From the NCBI GenBank assembly GCA_021740175.1, contig JAIPAH010000001.1, forward strand, positions 1-59,687: a stretch of DNA of 59,687 nt. The letters are read 5' to 3'. Position numbers and translations under genes: made by a program. Shown one piece after another: positions 47,844 to 57,033 of the stretch (the first letter of the stretch is position 1; each line of letters starts with the position of its first letter). The DNA is from Bacteroidales bacterium (GTDB taxonomy: Bacteria > Bacteroidota > Bacteroidia > Bacteroidales > JAIPAH01). The notes beneath the pieces were generated by a model. The model did not search any database and had not been told where the DNA came from. It saw only the letters and a list, made by a program, of their open reading frames with translations.

Positions 47844-48089
47844 GATTTGTACTTAAATCATTATTATAATTTTGTTGAAGCAAACTTAAACCGAAAACGT
47901 TTTAAAAAGCAACTCAAAGCACCCTACTATGCTACAACATGGCTTCAAGGGGATTACATAATTACCACAACATAAGGGTAGTCACAATCGATTTCATTAC
48001 ATCATTAGTACATCATTAGCTTGGTTGCAACGAGCAATTAGCACATCAAACGAGTGGTGTGATGGGAGGTTTAGATAAATTTTTGAATT

Positions 48090-51008
48090 TTAATTTATAT
48101 TCATTATAAAATCAACCAGGTTTTGATCTTTGGGGACATCCAATTTCTTTCTCAAACGGTAACGGCTTATTTCTACACCCCTAACAGAAATATTTGATAT
48201 AAGGGCGATTTCTTTTGTAGAGAGATTCATTCTAAGATAAGCGCACATTCTCAAATCTTTTGGTGTAAGTTCCGGGTATTTTTCATGGAGGATTTTGAAG
48301 AAATCGCTATGTACATCTTCAAAGTGCTTTTGGAATTTTTCCCAGTCTTTGTCCATTCGCACGTCATTATCTATCGTACTAATAAGTTTTTGTATCTCAT
48401 CCTGTGCCTGATCGTTTACTTTCTGGGAAACATTCGTAAGCTTCTTTTTTATTTCGTTAAGTATTTCATTTTTATGAGTGATCTGCATAGCAGTGGAAAC
48501 GACCTCTTTATTTTTTAATTCTACATCTGCTTTTTTCTTGTCCAGTTCCACTTGCAGCTTCTCATTCCTCAGTTGTGTTATTTTCTGATCGGCCTCCAGA
48601 GCTTCTTGTCTGTATTTCCTTTCTTTTTCCTGCAGTTCTTTTTGCTGCTTTTCTTTTAATTTGGCTTTTTCCCGTTTGATGCGTCGCGACAGATAATATA
48701 TCAAAAGCGTGATTAGGAAAGCCGTGATAATGCCGTAAATAATGTAAGCCGCTATGGTTCTGTACCAGGGGGGGAGTATTTCAAAATGAAATTCGGTGAC
48801 TTTGCTTTCTTTGATTCCGCTGGCCTTGGCCATAAAAGTATATTCCCCGGGAGGTAAATTTGTATATTCTTTGATGTTATTGGAACTTTGAACAGACCAA
48901 TGATTATCATATCCTTTAAGGAATGTTTTATAGGTGAGCACATCATTAGTTTCAAAAAAAGTGGCGCTTATATTGAATCGCAGGTCGTTATTACTGAAAG
49001 GAAGCGTATTGATATCTTTCTGCCGGTTATCTTTTTTATAGGAGGTTTTTTCCGAATTTCCCATATAGATAACGGAATCTCCGTTGGAGGTGCTTACTAC
49101 ACTACGCACCAATGGATAAAAATGTTTTTTTGTTTTTTTTCTAAATCGGGGATCGTAATGCACGAAGCCATTTTCGGCCGAAAATATAATATCATGTGGG
49201 CCAAAGACTTCTATATCTTCAAATCCTCCCACCAAAACATCTTTGATTTTGGCAAACAGTGAATCTTTTTTTGTGTAGCCCTCCTTAGTTTTTTCAAGGA
49301 AGTGTGGAGTTTCATTCACCGAATACCAAATGTTACCGGCAGAATCTTCTTTAGGAAAACGTATATTTTTTTCCTGGCCGAACCATTGCTGCCAATAAGG
49401 ATGGGGCGCAAAAGTTCCGGTTGTGGTATCAAATTCATAAATACCTTTTTCAGTCCCAAAGACGACTTCGCCTCTAAGCTTGTAGACGTAATTATCAATA
49501 TTAGAGGGTAATCCATGGTGGGTATCGTAAAAATCTTTCGTTTCAACTGAGTCGTAGCTTTCGCTTAACCGGAGCCGGTAAATGCCTTTATAGCCATGAC
49601 TAATCCATATATTGCCGGTAGAATCCTGTTCCAGTACGCGGCTTGACTCATTAAACCCTTTCACCTTATTCCTGTATTGCCATCTGCCGTTTTCTTTGTT
49701 CAAAATAATCAGTGAATTGTAGGTGCCGGCAAGAACTAATTCCTTTTCAGCGTCAAGTTTAATAAATTCCCAGGTACCCTGATTGTGAAATATTTCGTTT
49801 ACAGTCGTATTACCGATAGCATACACGCCTCTGTTATGGCCGACCAACAGTTTATTGCCGAATTTATTCAGACTCCATACTTGCCCTTTTATATTGGGCA
49901 AAAGCTTATAAGTATTGCGGGCGTTTTGATCCCATTTTTTAGTAAAAAGGCCCTGATTCGTGGCGAGAAAAATATCCCCTTCAAAAAGTTTGGCGTCATA
50001 ACCGGTTCCTTCAATCCCCATACCATCTCTGAAATAGGTGAAGGGAGAGTTGATTTCCAGATAATTGATCCCATTATCCAATCCCAGCCACAGTTGCCCG
50101 TTATGATCTTTGAAAACCTGCAATACCGTGTTATTTAACAACCCTTTTTCTTTGTTTAGATGTTGCAGCACTTCTCCGTTTTGATTGATAATAATCACTC
50201 CATCCTGAATCGTGCCATAAGCAAAATGATTTGAATCGATTTTTGCCGAAGAAAAGACCTGCTTTTTGGAAAGTTTTTTATTAGCCTGACATTCAAATTG
50301 TTTTATATCGTACCCGTCATATAAGTATAGTCCGTGTTGCTGAGTCCCAATCAGGATTTGACCATTTTGAAATTCATGCATACTCCAGATTTCCATATCA
50401 TCGCGAAAAATCCGGCCCCCATTTACCAGGTAGAGATGATTACCCCGAAGCTCTTTCAATCCCTCGTTTTCATCATGCACAAATAGCCGATCATCCACAT
50501 AAAAAGAAAATCCGAAATTTTCGCCGGAAGCAATCACTTTGACCGTATCATTTTTATAAGCAAAGACGTAATTGAAGGATTGGAAAATTATCCCTGAAGA
50601 AGTTTCATGAATACGCCAAACATCTTCCATGTTTTTATACTCTTCAGGCAGCTCCCTTATCAGGGAAACGTATTCAAGATCCCCCTTTTTAGTCACCTCG
50701 AAATACCCGAATTCATTGAATCCTGAAGCATATAATGTCCCCTCTTCTGATATTTCCACATTTCTGACGATAGAATTATTGGCTAAAGAGTAGGTCCGCC
50801 AGTTAGCGCCGTCGTATTGCAATACACCGTCGTTGTTGGCAAAGTACATTATGCCCCGCTCATCCTGGCAAATATCCCAGTTTTGGGTACCTGCCTTATA
50901 ATCCGATTTGGGATAATCCCGGATATAGGGCAATCCGGTGGTCTTTATCTGTCCGACAATTGATGCAGACCATACTCCCAAAAACGCTATCAATAATACT
51001 ATCCTCAT
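48090..51008 (-). CDS. Sensor-regulator with two-component-regulator propeller / Y_Y_Y domains, one TM helix, a coiled coil and a LuxR-type HTH
   Basis: It has long beta-propeller repeats, the TM helix TIAAYIIYGIITAFLITLLIYYL, a KEKQQKELQEKERK coiled coil and the C-terminal LTPKDLRMCAYLRMNLSTKEIALISNISVRGVEISRYRLRKKL. I prefer the start at MRIVLLIAF; the ORF-track start is 51080. Confidence 0.88.
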   Translation of the reverse strand: MRIVLLIAFLGVWSASIVGQIKTTGLPYIRDYPKSDYKAGTQNWDICQDERGIMYFANNDGVLQYDGANWRTYSLANNSIVRNVEISEEGTLYASGFNEFGYFEVTKKGDLEYVSLIRELPEEYKNMEDVWRIHETSSGIIFQSFNYVFAYKNDTVKVIASGENFGFSFYVDDRLFVHDENEGLKELRGNHLYLVNGGRIFRDDMEIWSMHEFQNGQILIGTQQHGLYLYDGYDIKQFECQANKKLSKKQVFSSAKIDSNHFAYGTIQDGVIIINQNGEVLQHLNKEKGLLNNTVLQVFKDHNGQLWLGLDNGINYLEINSPFTYFRDGMGIEGTGYDAKLFEGDIFLATNQGLFTKKWDQNARNTYKLLPNIKGQVWSLNKFGNKLLVGHNRGVYAIGNTTVNEIFHNQGTWEFIKLDAEKELVLAGTYNSLIILNKENGRWQYRNKVKGFNESSRVLEQDSTGNIWISHGYKGIYRLRLSESYDSVETKDFYDTHHGLPSNIDNYVYKLRGEVVFGTEKGIYEFDTTTGTFAPHPYWQQWFGQEKNIRFPKEDSAGNIWYSVNETPHFLEKTKEGYTKKDSLFAKIKDVLVGGFEDIEVFGPHDIIFSAENGFVHYDPRFRKKTKKHFYPLVRSVVSTSNGDSVIYMGNSEKTSYKKDNRQKDINTLPFSNNDLRFNISATFFETNDVLTYKTFLKGYDNHWSVQSSNNIKEYTNLPPGEYTFMAKASGIKESKVTEFHFEILPPWYRTIAAYIIYGIITAFLITLLIYYLSRRIKREKAKLKEKQQKELQEKERKYRQEALEADQKITQLRNEKLQVELDKKKADVELKNKEVVSTAMQITHKNEILNEIKKKLTNVSQKVNDQAQDEIQKLISTIDNDVRMDKDWEKFQKHFEDVHSDFFKILHEKYPELTPKDLRMCAYLRMNLSTKEIALISNISVRGVEISRYRLRKKLDVPKDQNLVDFIMNIN

Positions 51009-51111
51009 TGGTCTTATTCTTAAGGGGGTAAAAATAAAGAAATTATGAAAATAGTCTCTTAATATAAGGTTATTATTCAAGATTATAAAAGAAATGTGAA
51101 ACTTTAGTTAT

Positions 51112-51579
51112 TTACTTTTGGTTTTCTTCCTGAAACTGCTCATACATATTTACCAACGCTTTCGGCATCAGTACCGGTTGCTTCTCTTTAAGATCATAGA
51201 AAAATCCTGACTGCTGCCCTGTGCAGTATATTTGCCCGTTTTGAACGATCTCGATATCCACTGCCCACCGGACACGTTTGATTTTGCTTACCCATAGAAT
51301 ACCGGTGGGTTTGTCATAGATTGTCAGGGGTTTTTTATACTCTACCTGTGTTTTTTGAAGGATAGGAGACTGGTCTTGTTGAAGCATATGCTCCAGCGGC
51401 CAGTATTGGTCGAGGAATTCCTGCCTGAGATGCTCAAACCATTTTATGTATACGATGTTGTGAACGATTCCCATGACATCTATGTCGTACCCGTAAATTT
51501 TTATGGGAAGTTCCACCTGCATGGCGCCTTTGATATTGGTGGTACTTTTCATGGATTGTGATTTTATTGCTTTGGGCAA
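51112..51579 (-). CDS. Acyl-CoA thioesterase (4HBT/YbgC-like hotdog fold)
   Basis: 155 aa with YGYDIDVMGIVHNIVYIKWFE. Confidence 0.72.
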   Translation of the reverse strand: MPKAIKSQSMKSTTNIKGAMQVELPIKIYGYDIDVMGIVHNIVYIKWFEHLRQEFLDQYWPLEHMLQQDQSPILQKTQVEYKKPLTIYDKPTGILWVSKIKRVRWAVDIEIVQNGQIYCTGQQSGFFYDLKEKQPVLMPKALVNMYEQFQEENQK

Positions 51580-51706
51580 AGATTTGGTTTTTTATGGAAA
51601 GATGAAAATTATTTGATAATGAACTCTAATATCCCGGCAAACAAAGCTTGCTTTATCCTGTTTTAAAAACGATATTATTTTCCTATAATCAAAAAAGCCG
51701 AAAATA

Positions 51707-52411
51707 GTGAAATTCAGTAATGATCTCGTACACGGCCGGCTCCTTAAACGCTACAAACGCTTCCTTGCAGATGTAGAGCTGGATAACGGAGAAATTGTGA
51801 CGGCTCACTGCACAAATTCCGGGTCGATGAAGACCGCTCTGGAAGAAGGTGCTGAAGTTTATTTGACTTATCATGGAAACCCGGACCGAAAAACCCAATA
51901 TACGTGGGAAATGATTGAGATTAACGGTGATTGGGTAGGAATCAATACTAACCATCCCAATACCCTTGCCTACGAAGCAATCCGGGATGGCCAAATAGAT
52001 GAATTGAAGGGATATACAAGCGTTCAGAAAGAGGTGAAAACGGGACAAAGTCGAATTGATGTTTATGCCGAAAATGAAAAGGAGCGATGTTTCGTTGAGG
52101 TGAAGAATGTCACTATGAGAGAAGGAGCATATGCTTTATTCCCTGATGCAATCACATCACGCGGTCAAAAACACCTGGACGAATTGATTAAAATCCGGGA
52201 GCGAGGGTTGCGTGCTGTTATGTTTTATGTAATTCAGCGAAGTGATGTGCAATATTTTTCACCTGCATGGGAGATTGACCCGGATTATGCTAAAAAGCTG
52301 GAGGAGGCGTATGGAATCGGCGTGGAAGTTTTAGCTTTTCACGCGAAAGTATCACCAAATGAGATAAGCATAACCGGCACGCTTCCATTCGTTCTGAAAC
52401 GCCAACCATAG
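51707..52411 (+). CDS. sfsA: DNA/RNA nuclease SfsA (sugar fermentation stimulation protein A)
   Basis: 234 aa with a GTG start, LLKRYKRFLADVEL, and CFVEVKNVT...FPDAITSRGQKHL. Confidence 0.88.
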   Translation: MKFSNDLVHGRLLKRYKRFLADVELDNGEIVTAHCTNSGSMKTALEEGAEVYLTYHGNPDRKTQYTWEMIEINGDWVGINTNHPNTLAYEAIRDGQIDELKGYTSVQKEVKTGQSRIDVYAENEKERCFVEVKNVTMREGAYALFPDAITSRGQKHLDELIKIRERGLRAVMFYVIQRSDVQYFSPAWEIDPDYAKKLEEAYGIGVEVLAFHAKVSPNEISITGTLPFVLKRQP

Positions 52412-52485
52412 ATTGATTCTAAATTGTTATACATCGAACAAAAAATTGAAATATTCGTTATTTTTGACGAGTTCTTAGACCGAAT

Positions 52486-52604
52486 GTTTCTTCAGGGCAG
52501 GGTGCAATTCCCGACCGGCGGTAAAGTCCGCGACTCCCGGTTTTTCCGGGATTGAGACGGTGCGATTCCGTTGCCGACAGTATAGTCTGGATGGGAGAAG
52601 AAAC
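52486..52604 (+). promoter_or_regulatory. FMN riboswitch (RFN element) aptamer
   Basis: The P1 stem is GTTTCTTC / GAAGAAAC. Conserved cores are AGGGCAGGGTGCAATTCCCGACCGGCGGTAAAGTCCGCGA and CCGACAGTATAGTCTGGATGGGAGAAG. Confidence 0.93.
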
Positions 52605-52670
52605 GAATATTTTTCGAACATAAGGAAAATGGGTGTATTAAATACAACCCGACTACGAGAAATAGGAGTT

Positions 52671-52710
52671 AAGCCCTGACTAGAATACCGGTTCTTTCAG
52701 GGCTTTTTTG
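52671..52710 (+). terminator. Riboswitch expression-platform terminator
   Basis: AAGCCCTGA pairs with TCAGGGCTT and is followed by TTTTG. It ends 2 nt before the ribD ATG. Confidence 0.72.
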
Positions 52711-52712
52711 TT

Positions 52713-53810
52713 ATGGCACAAGACGAAAAATACATACAGAGAACTTTTGAGCTGGCCCGTCGCGGTGTCGGTAAAGTGAATCCCAATCCACTGGTAGGGG
52801 CGGTAATCGTTAAAAATGACCGGGTTATTGCCCAAGGTTATCACCATTACTTCGGAGGCAATCATGCGGAAGTGGATGCCCTTAACAATGCCACCGAGAG
52901 TGTTGAAGGGTCAACGGTTTACGTGAACCTGGAACCATGTGCCCACTATGGCAAAACACCCCCTTGTGCCGAAAGATTGGTGGAAACGAAGGTGAGCAGG
53001 GTAGTGTTATCCATGCGTGATCCGAATCCGGAAACAAGCGGTGAAGGAATTGAAATCCTGAAAAAAGGGGGGGTTGAAGTCCTTGAAGGGGTTTTGCAAA
53101 AAGAAGCAGAGGATTTAAACCGGGTCTTTATCAAATATATGAGTACCGGCCTTCCCTTTGTTGCCATGAAGACGGCTATGACACTTGACGGCAAGATTGC
53201 TACACGAGTGGGAGATTCCAAATGGGTTACCGGCGAAAAAGCTCGTTCATTGGTACATGAGCTGCGTGATGAGTATGCCGGGATTATGGTAGGAGTAAAT
53301 ACCGTTATTGCCGACGATCCCAGTCTTACAACCCGCAAGGAGGGGGAGAAACGTAACCCGGTAAGGATTGTGGTGGATCCCTCGGGCAGGACGCCTACGG
53401 ACGTTTATGTAGTCAACAGTAAGGAACAGGCAAGGACAGTTCTGGTATTCACAGAAAAAACTTCCCCCGAAAAGCGGGAGATTTTCAATAAAGAGGGAAT
53501 AGATACTGTCGTTCTCCCTCAGAAACAGGGAATGGTCGATCTACAGGTGTTGATGGAGGAATTGGGTAAGATGAATATTGATGGAGTATTGCTTGAAGGA
53601 GGCAGTACACTCAATTTTTCCATGATAGAAGCAGGATTGGTGGATGAAGTGTTTGCTTTTATCGCTCCCAAAATAGTGGGAGGGGAGAATTCGAAAACTC
53701 CGGTTTCCGGAAAAGGAGTAGACTTGATGAAAGATGCTATAGAATTGACGGATGTAAAAACCATGGCTATCGAGAATGATTTTATGATTCGTGGAAAAGT
53801 GAAGCAATAA
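52713..53810 (+). CDS. ribD: Bifunctional riboflavin biosynthesis deaminase/reductase RibD
   Basis: 365 aa with the HAEVDAL...LEPCAHYGKTPPC deaminase motif. Confidence 0.95.
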   Translation: MAQDEKYIQRTFELARRGVGKVNPNPLVGAVIVKNDRVIAQGYHHYFGGNHAEVDALNNATESVEGSTVYVNLEPCAHYGKTPPCAERLVETKVSRVVLSMRDPNPETSGEGIEILKKGGVEVLEGVLQKEAEDLNRVFIKYMSTGLPFVAMKTAMTLDGKIATRVGDSKWVTGEKARSLVHELRDEYAGIMVGVNTVIADDPSLTTRKEGEKRNPVRIVVDPSGRTPTDVYVVNSKEQARTVLVFTEKTSPEKREIFNKEGIDTVVLPQKQGMVDLQVLMEELGKMNIDGVLLEGGSTLNFSMIEAGLVDEVFAFIAPKIVGGENSKTPVSGKGVDLMKDAIELTDVKTMAIENDFMIRGKVKQ

Positions 53811-54454
53811 TGTTTACGGGAATTATAGAAGATATAGGAAGTGTAGAAACGGTTCAAAGCGGGGTGAATTCCGCGCAGATACGGATTAATTCACGGGTGG
53901 TTCCTGCAGATTTGAAGACAGGGGACAGTGTATCGATCAACGGCGTATGCCTGACGGTTACGGCGTATGATGTAAGTGGATTTACCGTGGAAGCAGTGCC
54001 TGAGACCATGAGCCGCTCGAATCTCGGGAATCTGCATGCAGGTGCGCCCGTTAACTTGGAACGCGCCTTGAGAGTGGGTGACCGCATGGGAGGACATATG
54101 ATGAGCGGACATGTGGATAGCAAAGGAATTATTCAGTCGGTCGATCAGGAGGAAAATGCTGTCTGGTATACAGTTTCACTAGCGAATGATTTTATCCGGT
54201 ATCTGATTCCCAAAGGTTCTGTAGGCATCGACGGGATTTCGCTGACGGTTGTGGATGTAAGTAAGGATAGCTTTACTGTCTCCGTGATTCCGCATACATT
54301 GCGGGAAACAACGCTTGCCTACCGCAAAAAAGGCGATGAGGTGAATATTGAATGTGATATGACAGCAAAATATATAGAACGCTTTCTGACTTTTAAGGAA
54401 GAGCCAAAGAAAGATATTACAATGGATTATCTTAAAGAAAACGGTTATTTGTAA
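53810..54454 (+). CDS. ribE: Riboflavin synthase
   Basis: 214 aa with an MFTGIIE N-terminus and duplicated barrel repeats (GDSVSINGVCLTV / GSVGIDGISLTV). Confidence 0.93.
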   Translation: MFTGIIEDIGSVETVQSGVNSAQIRINSRVVPADLKTGDSVSINGVCLTVTAYDVSGFTVEAVPETMSRSNLGNLHAGAPVNLERALRVGDRMGGHMMSGHVDSKGIIQSVDQEENAVWYTVSLANDFIRYLIPKGSVGIDGISLTVVDVSKDSFTVSVIPHTLRETTLAYRKKGDEVNIECDMTAKYIERFLTFKEEPKKDITMDYLKENGYL

Positions 54455-54458
54455 ATAG

Positions 54459-55694
54459 GTGGAGATGACACAATTTAATACAATAGAAGAAGCCATAGAA
54501 GATATCAGACAGGGGAAAATGGTGATTGTTGTGGATGATGAGAACCGCGAGAATGAAGGAGACCTGGTTATGGCTGCTGACAGGGTGACCCCTGAAGCAA
54601 TAACTTTTATGGCTAAGCAGGCAGGAGGGTTGATATGTTCTCCGGTCGATAAAAAACGACTGGACGAACTTGATATAGATATGATGGTTCATAACAGCAC
54701 CGATAAAAAGCAGACGGCATTTACTGTTTCGGTGGATGCTGCGGATTGCAGCACCGGCATTTCAGCTTTTGAACGGGCTCATACCATTAAAAAGTTGGTT
54801 GACCATGAGGCAGGTCCGGAAGATTTTACAAAACCCGGACACATCTTTCCATTGGCTGCCAAAAAATATGGCGTACTGGAAAGAGCCGGGCACACCGAGG
54901 CTGCGGCTGATTTGTCCGAACTTGCCGGGTATCAGCGCGCCGGAGTGATTTGTGAAGTGATGAATGATGACGGTACAATGGCGCGGGTGCCTAATCTGAT
55001 GGATTTTGCCGAAAAATTTAATTTAAAAGTTATTACCATCGAGGATTTGATTCGATATCGCCGGGCTCAGGAAAGTATTGTGAAACGGGTTACGGAAACC
55101 GATTTGCCCACTAAGCACGGCAACTTCAGGGCAATAGGTTTTGAGAGCAAAAAAACCGGGGAACATCACCTTGCCATGGTGAAAGGGGAGATTCAACCCG
55201 ACGACGAAGTGTTGGTTCGGGTACATTCAGAATGCCTGACCGGGGATGCTTTAGGATCGCTCAGATGCGATTGTGGCGACCAGCTCCATGAAGCTATGCA
55301 GCGGGTCGAAGAGGCCGGTAAAGGTGTGGTGGTTTACCTGCGCCAGGAAGGCCGGGGAATTGGCCTGATTAACAAGCTTAAAGCCTACTCATTGCAGGAC
55401 CAGGGTTTCGACACCGTGGAAGCCAACCATATGCTCGGGTTTAAAGCCGATCTCAGGGAATATGGTATCGGCGCGGAAATACTGGCTAATATCGGGGTGC
55501 ACAAAATGCGACTCATGACCAACAATCCCCTGAAAATTAAGGGCTTGAAAGGTTATAATCTTGAGGTTGTGGAAAGGTTGCCTATTGAAATGACCTGCAA
55601 CGAAAAGAACGAATATTACATGTCCACAAAGATGGAGAAAATGGGGCATATGCTTCATGTTAAACAATTCAATACACATCAGTTAAAGGATTAA
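54459..55694 (+). CDS. ribBA: Bifunctional 3,4-dihydroxy-2-butanone-4-phosphate synthase / GTP cyclohydrolase II
   Basis: 411 aa with VVDDENRENEGDLV (RibB) and RVHSECLTGDALGSLRCDCG (RibA). Confidence 0.95.
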   Translation: MEMTQFNTIEEAIEDIRQGKMVIVVDDENRENEGDLVMAADRVTPEAITFMAKQAGGLICSPVDKKRLDELDIDMMVHNSTDKKQTAFTVSVDAADCSTGISAFERAHTIKKLVDHEAGPEDFTKPGHIFPLAAKKYGVLERAGHTEAAADLSELAGYQRAGVICEVMNDDGTMARVPNLMDFAEKFNLKVITIEDLIRYRRAQESIVKRVTETDLPTKHGNFRAIGFESKKTGEHHLAMVKGEIQPDDEVLVRVHSECLTGDALGSLRCDCGDQLHEAMQRVEEAGKGVVVYLRQEGRGIGLINKLKAYSLQDQGFDTVEANHMLGFKADLREYGIGAEILANIGVHKMRLMTNNPLKIKGLKGYNLEVVERLPIEMTCNEKNEYYMSTKMEKMGHMLHVKQFNTHQLKD

Positions 55695-55712
55695 TCGAAA
55701 AAATCATTAAAC

Positions 55713-56174
55713 ATGAGAACAATAGAAGGAAAACTATCAGGCAAGGGATTAAAGGTTGGTATTATTGTCAGCCGCTTTAACGAATTCATTAGCGGTAAAC
55801 TACTTGATGGAGCCATGGATGCGCTACACCGTCACGAAACCTCCGGGGAAGATGTGGAAGTCGCATGGGTTCCGGGTTCCTACGAAATTCCCCTGATGGC
55901 TAAAAAGATGGCTACAAGTGGGAAATATGATGCGGTCATTACCCTGGGAGCGGTTATTCGCGGCTCAACACCCCACTTTGATTTTATTGCTAACGAAGTA
56001 ACGAAAGGGGTCGCCCAGGTAGGGCTCGAAACTGAAAAGCCCGTGATTTATGGAATTATCACTACCGATACCCTTGAGCAAGCCATCGAGCGTGCCGGAA
56101 GCAAATCAGGCAACAAAGGCTTCGATGCTGCCATGTCAGCCATTGAGATGGCCAACTTGATGAAGGAGTTGTAG
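55713..56174 (+). CDS. ribH: 6,7-dimethyl-8-ribityllumazine synthase
   Basis: 153 aa with [20 protein letters not shown] and [13 protein letters not shown]. Confidence 0.95.
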   Translation: MRTIEGKLSGKGLKVGIIVSRFNEFISGKLLDGAMDALHRHETSGEDVEVAWVPGSYEIPLMAKKMATSGKYDAVITLGAVIRGSTPHFDFIANEVTKGVAQVGLETEKPVIYGIITTDTLEQAIERAGSKSGNKGFDAAMSAIEMANLMKEL

Positions 56175-56671
56175 AGTTGGAGGAATGCATGAGTGAATGG
56201 TTGGGAGTCAGTGTTTAAGTGCGTATGTGTTTAGGTGTTTAATCTCCGGTAAAAAATACAACGTTCTCTTCCTTTAAGGATAAATTTCCGGTGTTGTTCT
56301 TTCATATACAGAGACAGAAATTTTGCCAACCCCCATAAAGCACTGACATACTGATAAATATTATTGCTCAAGAAGACACTCCCAATTTGCTCTGGCGTAT
56401 ATTTGGTGATCGGTATTAATAAGTATAACCTCAATGGCTATTGTTTATAATGATTTTACCTCGAATAAGATAAAAGGTCTACAAAAATGTTTAACATATT
56501 TTGGGTTGGCCGGTAGAATATTTTCGGATCCTTATATAGGTTTGGATTATGAGATTTCAATAATAGATGCTGTTACAGGATTTCCCTACATTCCGTAAAG
56601 AATTTGAAAAACACAGGGACACTCGTGTGAGCTATGCTTTGTATTTTTGGAGATTCTCCAAAAGGTCACAA

Positions 56672-56784
56672 ATGCTATTTTCAGCAAATTTTCACCTGAA
56701 CCCTAAAGGGAGAAGTTGCTGAAAATCAGGACTCCTTCTAGTTCCGAAAGCTTTCGGAATGGGGTGAAGACGGATTTTTAGCAT
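56672..56784 (-). repeat. Nested palindromic element, copy 2 (inverted relative to copy 1)
   Basis: The reverse complement aligns with 21990-22110. Shared pieces are CCCC.ATTCCGAAAGCTTTCGGAACTA, CTGATTTTCAGCA and TTCTCC.CTTTAGGG. Its own inverted repeat is ATTTTCAGCAA (56677-56687) / TTGCTGAAAAT (56716-56726). Confidence 0.6.
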
Positions 56785-57033
56785 ACCTTGTTGAATAGTC
56801 TTTTTTGATAGCCTCTTCGATAAAGCTGCTGATCAAAGCTATTCAACGTATCGATCTTTCCCTAAAAATTAGTAAAAAAAATTTCAATTCTGAGATTCAA
56901 TGCAACTACCAAGATGAGGGTTTTATCGCTTTTCCGAAGGATAAAAACCAGAGGCGGTAATTCAAATTTGATACAAATCAAACGAGGATACCGAAAATCG
57001 AAAAGAGTAGGTGATTGATAAACTATAAACTAT

